Source: Azolla caroliniana
Lineage: Eukaryota > Plantae > Polypodiophyta
DNA: 64,000 nucleotides
NCBI GenBank assembly: GCA_043228905.1
Contig: JBHGNT010000009.1
Coordinates: 13,144,001 to 13,208,000 of the forward strand
Direction: 5' to 3'
In this document: one piece after another, positions 12,477 to 22,818 of the stretch
Layout: every line of letters starts with the position of its first letter
Numbering within the stretch: position 1 is the first letter of the stretch
Notes under the pieces: model-generated
The model's database searches: none
Seen by the model: only the letters and a program-made list of their open reading frames with translations
What the model was told of the DNA's origin: nothing
Translations under genes and position numbers: made by a program

Positions 12477-15148
12477 ACTATATAAAATTCTTATTTTCAC
12501 TCACAGAAGCACAAAAAGCAAGCAAACACGTGGTTATTTTTTTGTTTTTGGTTGTAGAGGAATGCAAAAAGGTTCTTGGCTATGCTGACACAAACAGCGA
12601 GTGAAGCACTTCCAGAAGGGATGAATATTCCAGAATCCTTCGAAGAGCTTATTGCTGAAGTTGAGGCCAAGACTTTGGATACACACACTTTTGTATTAAA
12701 ACTCCGAGCCATGGTTTGCCCTCTATCAACTTAAATGTATATATCAAAATTTTATGATGTGTTTAAACTTGACTAATGATACAGTTGTAATAGCAACAAG
12801 CTCAACCAAATGCACATACATGCCTATATCTTTTTGATGATCTTTGTTTCGGGTACATCAGGTTGAGGTATTTGATAAGAGAGCTGAACAAGCAGAGCTT
12901 CAAGCCACATTATACAAACATTTTGCTTCGACAGGCATACCAAATGGTCTACATTGCCTGTCTTTGAGACTAACAACTGAATATACATCTAGTGCAAGGG
13001 CTCGTCGGGAGCTCCCATCACCAGAGTTCATCCCGCATCTTGTAAACAACTCATTTCATCACTTTATCCTCGCAACTGACAACGTCCTTGCAGCATCTGT
13101 TGTGGCGTCATCTACAGTAAGGAATGCGAAAGAGCCATGGAACATTGTGATTCATGTCATCACCGATAGGAAGACATATGCAGCAATGCATGCATGGTTT
13201 GCACTCCATCCATTCCCCCCGGCTGTTGTAGAAGTGAAAGGTGTTCATCAGTTTGGTTGTCTCACGAAGGACCATGTTGCTGTTCTTGAGGTCTTAGAAA
13301 CACATCGCAATGTGTTGTCCTACTACCATGCACATCATAGCATCAGCACAGATCTTAACGTTACGCCCAGACTATTGGCTTCCCAACTGCAGGCCCGAAG
13401 TCCTACATACATATCGGTTTTGAATCATCTACGGCTATATCTTCCAGAGGTAATACAATGATTATCATCAATGTCTAGAAGGAAATAATAATGTATTGGG
13501 ATGGTGCAATAATTGTTGAGATTAAATTAATTTCGGCTATTTTTACAAGGTACGTTCTGTGACACTGATATTCATAATGGATAACATGGATATGTTAATC
13601 AGCCTCGGGTTCAGGGGTGAACTTTGTGGTGTGAACGTTGATATTGTAGATACAAGAGAGCTAGGGCAGTTTGTAACATTAGATCAATTTTGATTCAATA
13701 TTGGTTTTGTTCAGCAATTTGGAATATTGCCAAATTATTAACTCTCAACCAATAAGAAAGAGGATACCGTAAGGGAATGTTTGGGGTAACTTTACAGGAG
13801 AAAGGTCATAACTTTTACACAAGTCCACATTGAGATATCCTTGTTGTTTTGCATTTTCTGACACTTAACTTCCCAATGATAGGGTTTTGGAAACATTGAT
13901 CTACACCTCTAGGTCTTCACAATTGTTAAGCTCTAAACCCTAAAACCTAAACCTGCTGTACAACTGCCATGTAATGTCCATGATAGGAAAAATTTAGGCT
14001 CGAAATTGGGCCCATGACAGGTGTATTAATTATAACCAGATATGAAAATTTTAGACAAAATTGGGGCCATGCCAGGAGTACGACAACGTGAAATAAGAAT
14101 GATTATGGTTGATTCACCTGATAGTGTAGGTGCCGGTATGGATATGTTCAGGGATGTAAGATGCATGCTTAATGTAATAGTTTGCTCTTCATTGTCAGTG
14201 TTTTGCAACAAGAGTGGAACTATTAACTTAAGATAGGTGATGCATCCCTCATAATAGAGAGAGGGATATGTTTTTGCCCAGACGTCTAGCTGGGTTTAGC
14301 CTATTATTTATTGGATGATTTAGGAAATGCCATTTTAAACTAATATATTATTCTCATTAACATTACAGCTTTTTCCAGAGTTGAAGAGAGTAGTGTTTTT
14401 GGATGATGATGTGGTTGTCCAACAAGACCTCTCGCTGGTCTGGGATATAGACATGAAAGGAAAGGTGAATGGAGCAGTTGAGACATGTAGAGGTAATGAT
14501 GCCCGGGTTATGTCCAAAAAGTTCAAGAACTATCTCAATTTCTCAAACCCAAGTATCGCGAACAAGTTTGATCCCGAAAAGTGTGCTTGGGCATATGGCA
14601 TGAATATCTTTGATCTTGAAGCATGGAGAAAGTCTAACATCACTCAAATCTATCATCACTGGGTGAAAAAGGTAAAAAGCCCTGATGCAAGATATAGTTG
14701 TGACACGTTATTGAACTTTTCTTTTTGTCCTATTTATTCATTGATGAGTTGTGTAGAAAGAACCTTATTTTTTTTATCTTATGGAAAATCAAAATGGTAT
14801 CACTGTCGAGAAGTAATAAATACAATTCACAAACTCTAATAGATTTGTTGTATATTTTTGTAGAATATTGATTCAAACCTTACATTGTGGAGGCTCGGTA
14901 CCCTTCCGCCGTCTTTGATTGCGTTTGATGGCTACGTGCACCCCATTGATCCCTCTTTGCATATGTTGGGGTTAGGATACCAACATGAAACAAATATTGA
15001 TGATGCCAGGCGTGCTGCTGTGATTCATTATAATGGCCAAGCAAAGCCTTGGTTAGAGATTGGGTTCTCAAAGTTAAAGCCATTATGGACAAAATATATT
15101 GACTATGAGAACGAGTTCATTCGACATTGTAATATTCTTGAACCTTAA
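2702..15148 (+). CDS. GAUT: Galacturonosyltransferase, GT8 family, GAUT12/13/14-like; spliced CDS join(2702-2906,12349-12401,12558-12713,12862-13449,14369-14671,14864-15148) = 1590 nt, 529 aa
   Basis: All introns are GT-AG and the exons join in frame. N-terminal MQVHIT followed by a TM anchor; motifs CFGRRWGP, HCLSLRLTTEY, SVLNHLRLYLPELFP, VVFLDDDVVVQ (DxD), AWAYGMNIFDL, LWRLGTLPP and VIHYNGQAKPWLEIG. Confidence 0.93.
7215..7786 (-). pseudogene. Copia reverse transcriptase N-terminal fragment
   Basis: WKAAMEVEIDSIERNHTWELV, KARLVAKGYSQ, YEETFAP, QMDVKSA; the sequence breaks off and runs into the PPT/LTR. Confidence 0.9.
8333..10366 (-). CDS. Copia gag-protease-integrase polyprotein (677 aa to a premature stop)
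   Basis: Zn knuckle CHYCGYKVHIQPDC, protease WLVDSGATSHM, WHARFGH, integrase HMDLCGP, RSDNGGEF, QNGVVERKNRT. Confidence 0.93.
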   Translation of the reverse strand: MASHAMIVSSTIPQLPKESILDGNNYLDRELQIKTLLQYHRLWNLVNGSDKKPPVTSSSSTKSVVGSSNAEIEAWLDKDSRAHAFLMFNIKPSIARQFQDTDEETANELWTSIKKTYHRANHAQMIAIENQLANLKIHDTPNIMDKITQFVTLQKELVSLGSKSTEVEFVHRLMIKLPESFSAFCDTISLLPNTPDMNTFLGDRATRKKSAQTSNETLLHSTSKGKWKQNGNSYNKPNPRPPNKPAYKELPCHYCGYKVHIQPDCQKKKRDNAKNSSSTENQPTSKSNSAYSVHSAKETVFLGIEEHTSHLSGPTTSTIDEWLVDSGATSHMTYDKSILHNVKPNSSQISIGYAPSIEASCVGNVFLNNSSNEEPVILQDVLQVPRISANLLSVYQITKQGYGVYFDSSVLDVIDTNNLQIVASDTQEGGLYCLKSSHSPLEKSKSHLLQGSHALVAQEDPTLWHARFGHLNYDSLQKLSSSQLVEGLPIFKTPNTPCVACLHGKQHQEPFPHETTHYATSILELVHMDLCGPMKTTTLGGARYFMLIIDDFSHKVWVYFLVEKSQAFTKFQEWVALVENETSKKIQKIRSDNGGEFISQAFHRFCSQRAIAHQFSTPNTPQQNGVVERKNRTIQEMARTMLPQFDLPLSFWGEVVNTAVYIINCCPTKVVAGMTPT
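12349..12401 (+). CDS. GAUT: GAUT exon 2
   Basis: tag|AT TGC TTT GGA AGA AGA TGG GGC CCG ... CGA|gtgagt. Confidence 0.85.
12432..12473. repeat. (AT)n microsatellite in GAUT intron 2
   Basis: Direct reading. Confidence 0.95.
12558..12713 (+). CDS. GAUT: GAUT exon 3
   Basis: gtag|AGG...IPESFEELIAEV...FVLKLRAM|gtttg; 52 codons. Confidence 0.85.
12862..13449 (+). CDS. GAUT: GAUT exon 4
   Basis: cag|GTT ... LYKHFASTGIPNGLHCLSLRL ... NHLRLYLPE|gtaata. Confidence 0.92.
14369..14671 (+). CDS. GAUT: GAUT exon 5 (DxD motif)
   Basis: cag|LFPELKRVVFLDDDVVVQ...YHHWVKK|gtaaaa. Confidence 0.92.
14864..15148 (+). CDS. GAUT: GAUT exon 6
   Basis: tag|NIDSNLTLWRLGTLPP...IHYNGQAKPWLEIG...CNILEP-TAA. Confidence 0.92.
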   Translation, partial: NIDSNLTLWRLGTLPPSLIAFDGYVHPIDPSLHMLGLGYQHETNIDDARRAAVIHYNGQAKPWLEIGFSKLKPLWTKYIDYENEFIRHCNILEP

Positions 15149-16683
15149 AAACCATATATTCATTCCTAAACCATTCTTTTTTCTTTGGCTGATACGATGG
15201 AAAACACTCGATGCATATAAGGTCTTCTCTATCGTTCATTTATTCTTTATCTGAATCTCCTTTATCAATCATAGAGAAGACATCACTTATTTGCACGGTT
15301 TTGAGCATTCAAATGGAGGAGACAAAAAAGGGTTGTAATATGAGCATTTGTCATACCAAATTGTATAAAAAAAGTGCGCCAGTTAATTTAGGTTTTTCCA
15401 GGATAGATTAAGGGTGGTTCTCTATTCATTTCGTAAAGCTTTGCAGAGTATCACTTATTCTTTAGAGAATCTTTTTTTTTTTTACTGTTTTTTTTGTACT
15501 TGATGTGGTTTCTATGCAAAAAAACAAGTGAACATAGAAACACATGCGTGATATTCATGATATTCCATGTGTGATATTCTCAATATTCGAGAATATGAAA
15601 TGGCCCCAAGAATATTATAAAACCATTCGTTTTGTAAAATAAATATAAAAAATAATAATTAATTTATTTTTTGAAAAAATAAAAAAGATTTAATTCATTA
15701 CAAAAAGAACAATCATTCATTAATATATTATAAAAATATGATTAATATTAAGTCTCCTTTATAGTGTCAAATAAAAAAAGGTGGAGTTTATGAACCTTTA
15801 TTTTATTTTATTTTATTTATTTATTATTAAAAAAATGAAATTTTTTATATTTATTATAGAAATATGATTAGTGTGAATTCACATTTTTAACGTTAGCTTA
15901 AAAATATTCATAAAATTTGGGAGAATAAGAAGTGGAGAATTAATGAAACTTTATTTTATTTTATTTATTTATTAAAAATAAAACGAATACTTTTACATTT
16001 ATTATAAAAACTTTATTAGTGTAAAGTCCCTTTTTTTATATCTAGGAAACTAAAAAGGAGGGAGTTTATGAACTTTATTATTATTATTTTAAACAAATGC
16101 GTTTTGTATGCATTTGTTTGGAACCCCCATGAATGCGAATATGTCAATCTATGCAAGTGAATTAGACTCCACCATAATTGAGTAAAACAATGAATGAATA
16201 TGTCTTGTTATTCATTGAATTTAGGTATGCAATGTTAGTCTCCCAACCCTCTCGAAACCTTGACATTTTGAACCCATGTTAAATTAGGGCTACGATTTTG
16301 ATATCCTTTGATACTTGTTGAATACAAAGTATGGCTTTTAGTGCATTTATAATAAGAGCTATGTAAATGTGTTATATCCATGTATAAGATAAATGGACCA
16401 ACTCAATTGATATCCAATAAGAAATGCAAATGCAATACCATCTAAGATATAACATTTCATCTGTATTTGATGCTTATAATTGGTTAATGTTCTTGGTTTG
16501 CCAGAATAATAATAATAATCAAAGCATTGATCGTAGTGGTGAAAGCTAAGGCCGCACCACCGGTGTCTTAAGACGGCAACCTTCCAACGTAATGTCTCTT
16601 ATGAGGGTAGTTATGCCTCCTATTTATACCTCTTCCTAAGCCCCTTCAATAGATGTGCCTTTTTAAAAGACTCTCCATTCATT

Positions 16684-17317
16684 GATTGTCAAGATCATGA
16701 AAGTGCGGGCACACTTTCTAACATTAGTGAACATACCCTTTACTAATGCAAATATTAGTGACCTTTCCTCATTTACATTATGTGTGCATAGCACATTATA
16801 AAGCTTATTTTTGCAAAAAGGGGACTTTCTTGTTAAAACTAGTTCTTGATTTATTATATTATTGAGTAAGATAAGCCCTAATCCCTTATTTAATTGTTTG
16901 AGTGCCATCGTGATGAAAGAGAGAGAGAGGGTGAATCATAGTGTTAGGCAGAGGAAGAAATAGGTCTCCAGCTCCAACAAACCCCTAGTTCCAACGAACC
17001 TCCAATTCAAATGAGCCTCTTGATCCAAAGAGCCTTCAAATCAAATGAACCTCTAATTGGAAAGAGCCTTTGATTCAAACGATCCTCCAACTCCAAAGAG
17101 CCTCCAATTCTGGTGGCCCTCGATTCTAGTGAGCATCCGATTCTAACAAGCCCTCAATTCTAGCAAGCCTCTAATCCTAGTGTCAAGCCTATGATCGTAG
17201 CAAGCCCTCGTTATTAGCGAACACTCGATTCTAGCGAACCTTCGATCCTAGTGAGCCATTGATTCTAGTGAGCCCCCAATGGTGTTGAGCTCCTTATGTG
17301 AAGGAGCCCTCGATTTT
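16684..17317. repeat. 634-bp direct repeat, copy 1 (pairs with 21776-22409)
   Basis: Near-identical to 21776-22409 (one substitution seen, cccttAttt vs cccttGttt); contains a degenerate ~19-bp tandem array (gattctagtgagccctc-like). Confidence 0.95.
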
Positions 17318-18215
17318 TTAAGATTGCTTAAAGTGTGCGGCACTTCATTGGGGGTTGTTTGGGGTGGACTCAAGTTTAGATCTTATTTGTATGTCTAAAC
17401 ATAAGTAGTGATATAGTTTTAGAAGAATAGAAAAGTGAGGGCGTGGGTGGGGGTTAGGGGAGTGTAGCTTATTGAAGTTATCAAAAGTATTTAAACCTAA
17501 TCAAAGCTTTTAGAACATATTAAAGATCATTGGGATAACTTAAGTTATTAGACACCAATAAAGTACTATTAAAACACCAATATAGAGTATTATTAAAACG
17601 GGACCACACGCTTAGATGAATGGGAGTTGTTTAAACACACGCTTAAGCAAACACTTAAAAGAAAGATTATTATAAAAAAAATAAAAATATAAATAGAAAA
17701 GAGAGATTGAGATTAAAAAATGATTATGGTTAAGAAGGGATTATGATTAAGGGGGAAGGGGTTGCTAAACAAAGTACTTAAACGAATGTTTAAACAAATA
17801 TTTAGATAAGAAAACACTTGGGCAAACACTTAACGCAAGGTTATGATTAAAAGAGAAGGGAGGGATTATGGTTAAAGAAAAGGGGTCATGGTTGAGAAGA
17901 GAATGATTATGATTAAGAGAGGAGAATACTTAAACAAATGTTTAAACAAAAAGTTAAACCTAAAAATGATTGAACAAGTACTTAAAAAAAGGGGTTAAAC
18001 AAGTACGTAATAAAAATGATTATTAAAAAAGTACTTAATAGAAAATGATTAAATAAATACTTAAAAACTTAAGACAAAAAAAAAAATTTGATAAAAAAGT
18101 GATTAAACAAGTACTTAATAAAAATTTATTAAATAAGTACTTAAGAACTTAAGACAAAAAATTAGATAAGAGCAACACATAGAAGGAAAGAAAGTTTTAC
18201 TATCATAAGGCAACG

Positions 18216-18261
18216 ATCGACAAATGCATTTCGCCTCGATGGAGGCTCTTCAGTGCCCGAT
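18216..18261 (-). ncRNA. Minimal type I hammerhead ribozyme
   Basis: Minus strand reads AUCGGGCA-CUGAAGA-GCCUC(CAUC)GAGGC-GAAA-UGCA-UU-UGUCGAU: CUGANGA core, 5-bp stem II, GAAA, palindromic AUGCAU stem/loop III, AUU cleavage triplet, and a 7-bp stem I with one G-U pair and one bulge. Confidence 0.85.
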
Positions 18262-18423
18262 GTACAAATGATGAAAACTAAGCCTACTAGGTTGCTCTTT
18301 TTATAGGGAGAGGGAGGAGAGTCCTTTGTATGTGGGGCATACAAAAGTGTGTACAAAGGGAAGGTAAAAGAGTGTACACAAGACTTTAGGTGGGGGTTAA
18401 GAGGGGTGAGAGTACATAAAACA

Positions 18424-20154
18424 TTAGGTGGGGGGAAAGGATGCGTGTACTCGGTGGTTTCTTAGTTTTTTACCATTTAGCCAACACGTGAGAGGGGGTG
18501 TAAGGGAACTGTATTGTGGTTGTCCTAGAAGGGGTTTAAGTTTGTTTCTCACGAGCGCTCCGATTTGGAGTTTTTTGATACATGGGGAGTAACGAAGCTT
18601 AAAAACAATGGGTGGAGGTTTTTTGTTGTTGGGTTGGTTAGAGAGTAGTTGGTTTCGTGTGGAGTAGGGGACGGTCGAAAAACACTTGAGTAGGAACTTC
18701 GATGGGTAGCCCCTAGCTCTTAGGCGGTCGTAGAACTTTTTGCGTAGTTCCATGTAGCCATTTTCCGAGCTCTCCCGGATAGCATACCGTTTTAGTTCTC
18801 CCGTGATGAAGCCCTTTTTGTGTGCTATGGGGTGCGAGGATTTCCACGGGAGGTACATGTAGGCATTGAGAGGTTTTTGGTGGCATGCGGTGTCAAGGAT
18901 GTCGAATTCTTTAAAGTATGGGCCTTTGAAGAAGACGACGTCCAGGATGGTGATCTCTTTAGGGGAGGTTGTTGATTCAATACGGATGTGTTGTTGTAGA
19001 GGCACGCCGTATTGGTGTAAGGTGTGAAGTGTATCGGGGGAACCTTCCCAAACTCCTATGGCATCATCGATGTAGCGTTTGTAGTAGAGTAGTTGCGGTG
19101 TTTGGAAAGCTAGGTTGTCGTCCTCTAGCTGTGAAAGAAACAAGCAAGCGTAAACAACGGCAAAATTACTACCCATCGCGGTGCCTTTAATTTGCAACCA
19201 AAAAGCATTATTAAAGGAGAGAAAATTGTTTCTAAGTATAAGTTCGGCAACACTCATAATGATTTTGGTTTTGTGTGGTGGGAAATGATGTGAAATAGAT
19301 TTTTTAAAAACCAATAGACCTTCTGTGGTAGGTATACTGGGATATAGTGACACTACGTCAAAAGAAAACAACGTGCAAGTTTTGGGGAAGGTGTGGTGTG
19401 CTAGGTCCTTAACAAGTGTTAAGGAGTCTTTGAGGTGTTGTTTTTTAGACAATAAGACAAGATGTAGTAGATGGTGTAGCCATTTAGAGGCTCTTTCGAA
19501 AACATAATTGTTGTAGGCGCAAATAGGGCGTCCTACAACAATGGGCTTGTGGATTTTGGGGATGATGTAGAAACGACATATCCTGAAACCATGTTTGGGT
19601 TTCTGAAGGAGGAATCTAATTTCCTCATTGGAGAGGTGGGGGGAAGCTTTCAGACATAGGTGTTCAAGTCGACTGTGGAGAGTTTCTAGGGGGACGTCTT
19701 TGACGGGGGTGTAAGTGTTTTTGTCGTTGAGCTGTCTAAGGCATTCGTTAAGGTACCAATCCTTAGAGAGAATGCACGTGCCTAGATTTTTATCCGCGGG
19801 TTTAATAACTATGTCTTGATTGTTTTTGAGATTATGTAGTGCAGTTCTAAAGTTCCTATGAGGGCGAGGTTGGATGGTGGGTGGGGAGGGGAGGGCAGAG
19901 GTGATAGATGTGATGGTTTGTGTGATTTTTGGCACGGCTGGGGGATTCCAACTGGGGTTCGGTATTCTAAATGGAGAGATAATGTTAGTAGAGTTTCTAA
20001 AGAAATATTTGAGGCGGTAAGTTCTATCCAAGGATACAACGACATCTATCAATTGTTGTTTTCTAATAGGTTGGGGTGGGGGAATAAAGTCTAGACCTAA
20101 GCTTAGAAGTTTGAGTTGGGGTGGAGGAAGGTGGAAAGAGGAAAGGTTGTGCAA
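18424..20154 (-). CDS. Penelope-like reverse transcriptase (frame open upstream to ~20517 without ATG)
   Basis: IKPADKNLG (PLE DKG-type motif), FYIIPKIHK..GRPI, FSFDVVSLYPSIP, QIKGTAMGSNFA, KRYIDD, thumb SHPIAHKKGFITGELKRY...RLRARGYP; ends before any GIY-YIG domain. Confidence 0.92.
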   Translation of the reverse strand: MHNLSSFHLPPPQLKLLSLGLDFIPPPQPIRKQQLIDVVVSLDRTYRLKYFFRNSTNIISPFRIPNPSWNPPAVPKITQTITSITSALPSPPTIQPRPHRNFRTALHNLKNNQDIVIKPADKNLGTCILSKDWYLNECLRQLNDKNTYTPVKDVPLETLHSRLEHLCLKASPHLSNEEIRFLLQKPKHGFRICRFYIIPKIHKPIVVGRPICAYNNYVFERASKWLHHLLHLVLLSKKQHLKDSLTLVKDLAHHTFPKTCTLFSFDVVSLYPSIPTTEGLLVFKKSISHHFPPHKTKIIMSVAELILRNNFLSFNNAFWLQIKGTAMGSNFAVVYACLFLSQLEDDNLAFQTPQLLYYKRYIDDAIGVWEGSPDTLHTLHQYGVPLQQHIRIESTTSPKEITILDVVFFKGPYFKEFDILDTACHQKPLNAYMYLPWKSSHPIAHKKGFITGELKRYAIRESSENGYMELRKKFYDRLRARGYPSKFLLKCFSTVPYSTRNQLLSNQPNNKKPPPIVFKLRYSPCIKKLQIGALVRNKLKPLLGQPQYSSLTPPLTCWLNGKKLRNHRVHASFPPT

Positions 20155-20221
20155 TGAGTGATTAGTGATCCTATTCTCGAGCTGGGAGGGTGTTTGCCTT
20201 CCCAGTAAAATGTGGAGGTAG

Positions 20222-21735
20222 GTTAACGGTTGAAGAAGCGGGAGCCAATGTAATTTTCTAAGTCTACCCCTACATATTTTCCTGGTAGAGGATTTAGTTT
20301 CGGTCCCGTGGTGCGTGTGTTGGGTGCGCCTTGCGGGACTGGGGGCCGGGGATGAGGAGTAGGTCGTTTGACTGGGGGCCGGGGCGGGGGTAAGGCGTGG
20401 GTCGTGGAATTGGGGGTCGAGGGACTGGGGGTCGAGGGACTGGGGGTCGAGGAACTGAGGGTCGAGGATAGGACCGTGTGGTGGGTTTGATGGTCTCGAA
20501 GTGAGACATTGATTGTTTCATAGGTGGGGGTAGGGAGGTAGGTGGTGGTACATTCATCGGGACAAATATAGGGTACGTGGGGGGTATGGGATGTGTGGGT
20601 GGTACGGGATAAGCATAGCTTTGTCCATAACTTGGGATAAAGGACTGGGTCCTTAAGAAGGAGGTGGGGGCAGTGGGGGATGAATTTGATGCTTTGTGTG
20701 TCCTTGTGCCCCCGTTTTTTGTCGGGGGCATAGCCGTGTTTTTTGGATGTGTGTTGGGGTTTTCCTTATTAATTTTCTCTAGGAACGGTTTAAGGTAATT
20801 GTCTACTTGATTCTTGATCTTTTTTAGCCCATCATCTATTAGAGTATTTATTGTTTTTTCTTTGCCCATCGTCATGGATTTCGAGACGATGGCGTCATGG
20901 GCTGATTTATTAGCCACTTTAGTTTTAGCTTCTAAGGAAATCTGTATGCTAAATTCTAAGGTGGCTTGCTCTAGGTGGCTATTAAATTTAGCAAAAGTTT
21001 CATTTTTCCAATGTTGGAGTTTTTCCTCCCATTGGTGTGATGTGACAAGGTTGTGCAATGGGATATCCGAGAGCATTGATACAATGTCTTGGAGTCTTTG
21101 CTCAACCATGGTGGGGAACTTGTTGATAGTTTCAGTAAAACTAATAGCTAGGGTTTTTTGGGCCTCTATTAACCCTAAGGTGCAATTTTTTCTATATTCT
21201 GCAGTGAGATCATTTAATTTTTATTGAGGATATTTTGTGCATTTTCATTATTTATCATTACCCTAGGAGGGTTAATGCGCAAGGAGTTAGGGATGAAGTT
21301 CTCCTTGAGATCGGTTTCATATTTATGGAGTACATCTTGGGCTCTATGGCGTTTAGACAAGAGTTCTTTATATTCTAATACGGAGCCTTGGCAAATGGTG
21401 TCAAAGTGGATGGGAATAGGTAAGTTTTCTAAAGAGTTGTGTGCCTCGAGGGGTGGGTTTGAGTTTTCTATGCTAGTTTTTCCCTTTTCTTGTGTGTTTG
21501 GGGTTGTTATTTTCCTTTTACCTTTGTCTTGTGGACGCGGGTTTGTGTGGGTGTGGTGGTCGCTAGAGGACACATGGGCGTGTTCAAAAAGAGATTTTGT
21601 TATTGTAGGCATGCAGAGGGGATCTCCACCACCCCATTCTAGGGGAGGTGAGCTAAAGGTATACAACAATTTCTGAAAGAAGATGACCTTCTTTGCGGGC
21701 GAGAGTTTGGTGATGAATTCTTTATAACCTTCCAT
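20222..21735 (-). pseudogene. PLE ORF1: helical/coiled-coil-like protein with Pro-rich (PRPPVP) tail, broken by 1-nt frameshifts near 21220 and probably 20380
   Basis: ORFs 21214-21735 and 20294-21109 join by a -1 shift in an A-run (NILNK/KLNDLTAEYRKN...TMVEQR). The PRPPV repeat continues in another frame to a TAA near 20222. Confidence 0.65.
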
Positions 21736-21775
21736 TTTAAGGTCTTCTAAGTTTTCTATGAGTGAACTAAAGGGA

Positions 21776-22409
21776 GATTGTCAAGATCATGAAAGTGCGG
21801 GCACACTTTCTAACATTAGTGAACATACCCTTTACTAATGCAAATATTAGTGACCTTTCCTCATTTACATTATGTGTGCATAGCACATTATAAAGCTTAT
21901 TTTTGCAAAAAGGGGACTTTCTTGTTAAAACTAGTTCTTGATTTATTATATTATTGAGTAAGATAAGCCCTAATCCCTTGTTTAATTGTTTGAGTGCCAT
22001 CGTGATGAAAGAGAGAGAGAGGGTGAATCATAGTGTTAGGCAGAGGAAGAAATAGGTCTCCAGCTCCAACAAACCCCTAGTTCCAACGAACCTCCAATTC
22101 AAATGAGCCTCTTGATCCAAAGAGCCTTCAAATCAAATGAACCTCTAATTGGAAAGAGCCTTTGATTCAAACGATCCTCCAACTCCAAAGAGCCTCCAAT
22201 TCTGGTGGCCCTCGATTCTAGTGAGCATCCGATTCTAACAAGCCCTCAATTCTAGCAAGCCTCTAATCCTAGTGTCAAGCCTATGATCGTAGCAAGCCCT
22301 CGTTATTAGCGAACACTCGATTCTAGCGAACCTTCGATCCTAGTGAGCCATTGATTCTAGTGAGCCCCCAATGGTGTTGAGCTCCTTATGTGAAGGAGCC
22401 CTCGATTTT
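21776..22409. repeat. 634-bp direct repeat, copy 2; part of a ~704-bp TG...CA unit (21779-22482) with 11-bp inverted ends TGTCAAGATCA/TGATCTTGACA
   Basis: Identity with 16684-17317; the ~19-bp array continues past 22409 to the inverted end at 22472-22482. Confidence 0.9.
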
Positions 22410-22787
22410 AATGAACCCTTGAATCCAAGGAGCTCTTGATTCGAAGGTGCCCTTGACTCTAATCAAATTGTTGATCTTGACAAGTGTCATTTCACATAAA
22501 AAGGAAATTTACACACGATAGCCAACAAATGGGTTTTAATTCTTCTCACACGACATGACGCTCTCCCTAGTTTAGATTCCTTGGTATCCCACTTGAGTAG
22601 CACACGCATGCACATTTATGCGACATATTTGGTGAACCCAATTTGAAAGAGCCACAAGGGAGAATGACAACGGCCAATAAATATTTCATAAAGATGATGA
22701 AAAATATGATGGTGGGATTGTCAAAGGAAAGAGAAAAGTATGAAGCTGTTAGGAATAGAGACATAGAGGATTTGTGCTAGAGATAGA

Positions 22788-22818
<31 letters not shown>

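Larger units (their letters stand above)
17318..21775 (-). mobile_element. Penelope-like retroelement (PLE), endonuclease-deficient type: ORF1 + RT + hammerhead ribozyme + ~1.1-kb 3' UTR
   Basis: PLE-type RT motifs, no GIY-YIG at either end, hammerhead downstream of the RT stop, bounded by the 634-bp duplication. Confidence 0.85.

Noticed and set aside
13878-13955. Telomere-like AAACCCTAA/TAGGGTTT motifs in GAUT intron 4
   Set aside because: Only two or three degenerate units; such motifs are common in plant DNA and are not linked to the PLE.
16663-16908. 81-aa ORF duplicated at 21767-22000
   Set aside because: It arises from the 634-bp duplication, the two copies end differently, and it has no recognisable motifs.
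17318-21775. LTR retrotransposon or DIRS interpretation of the RT element
   Set aside because: There is no protease, RNase H, integrase or tyrosine recombinase and no PBS/PPT; the RT motifs are PLE-type.
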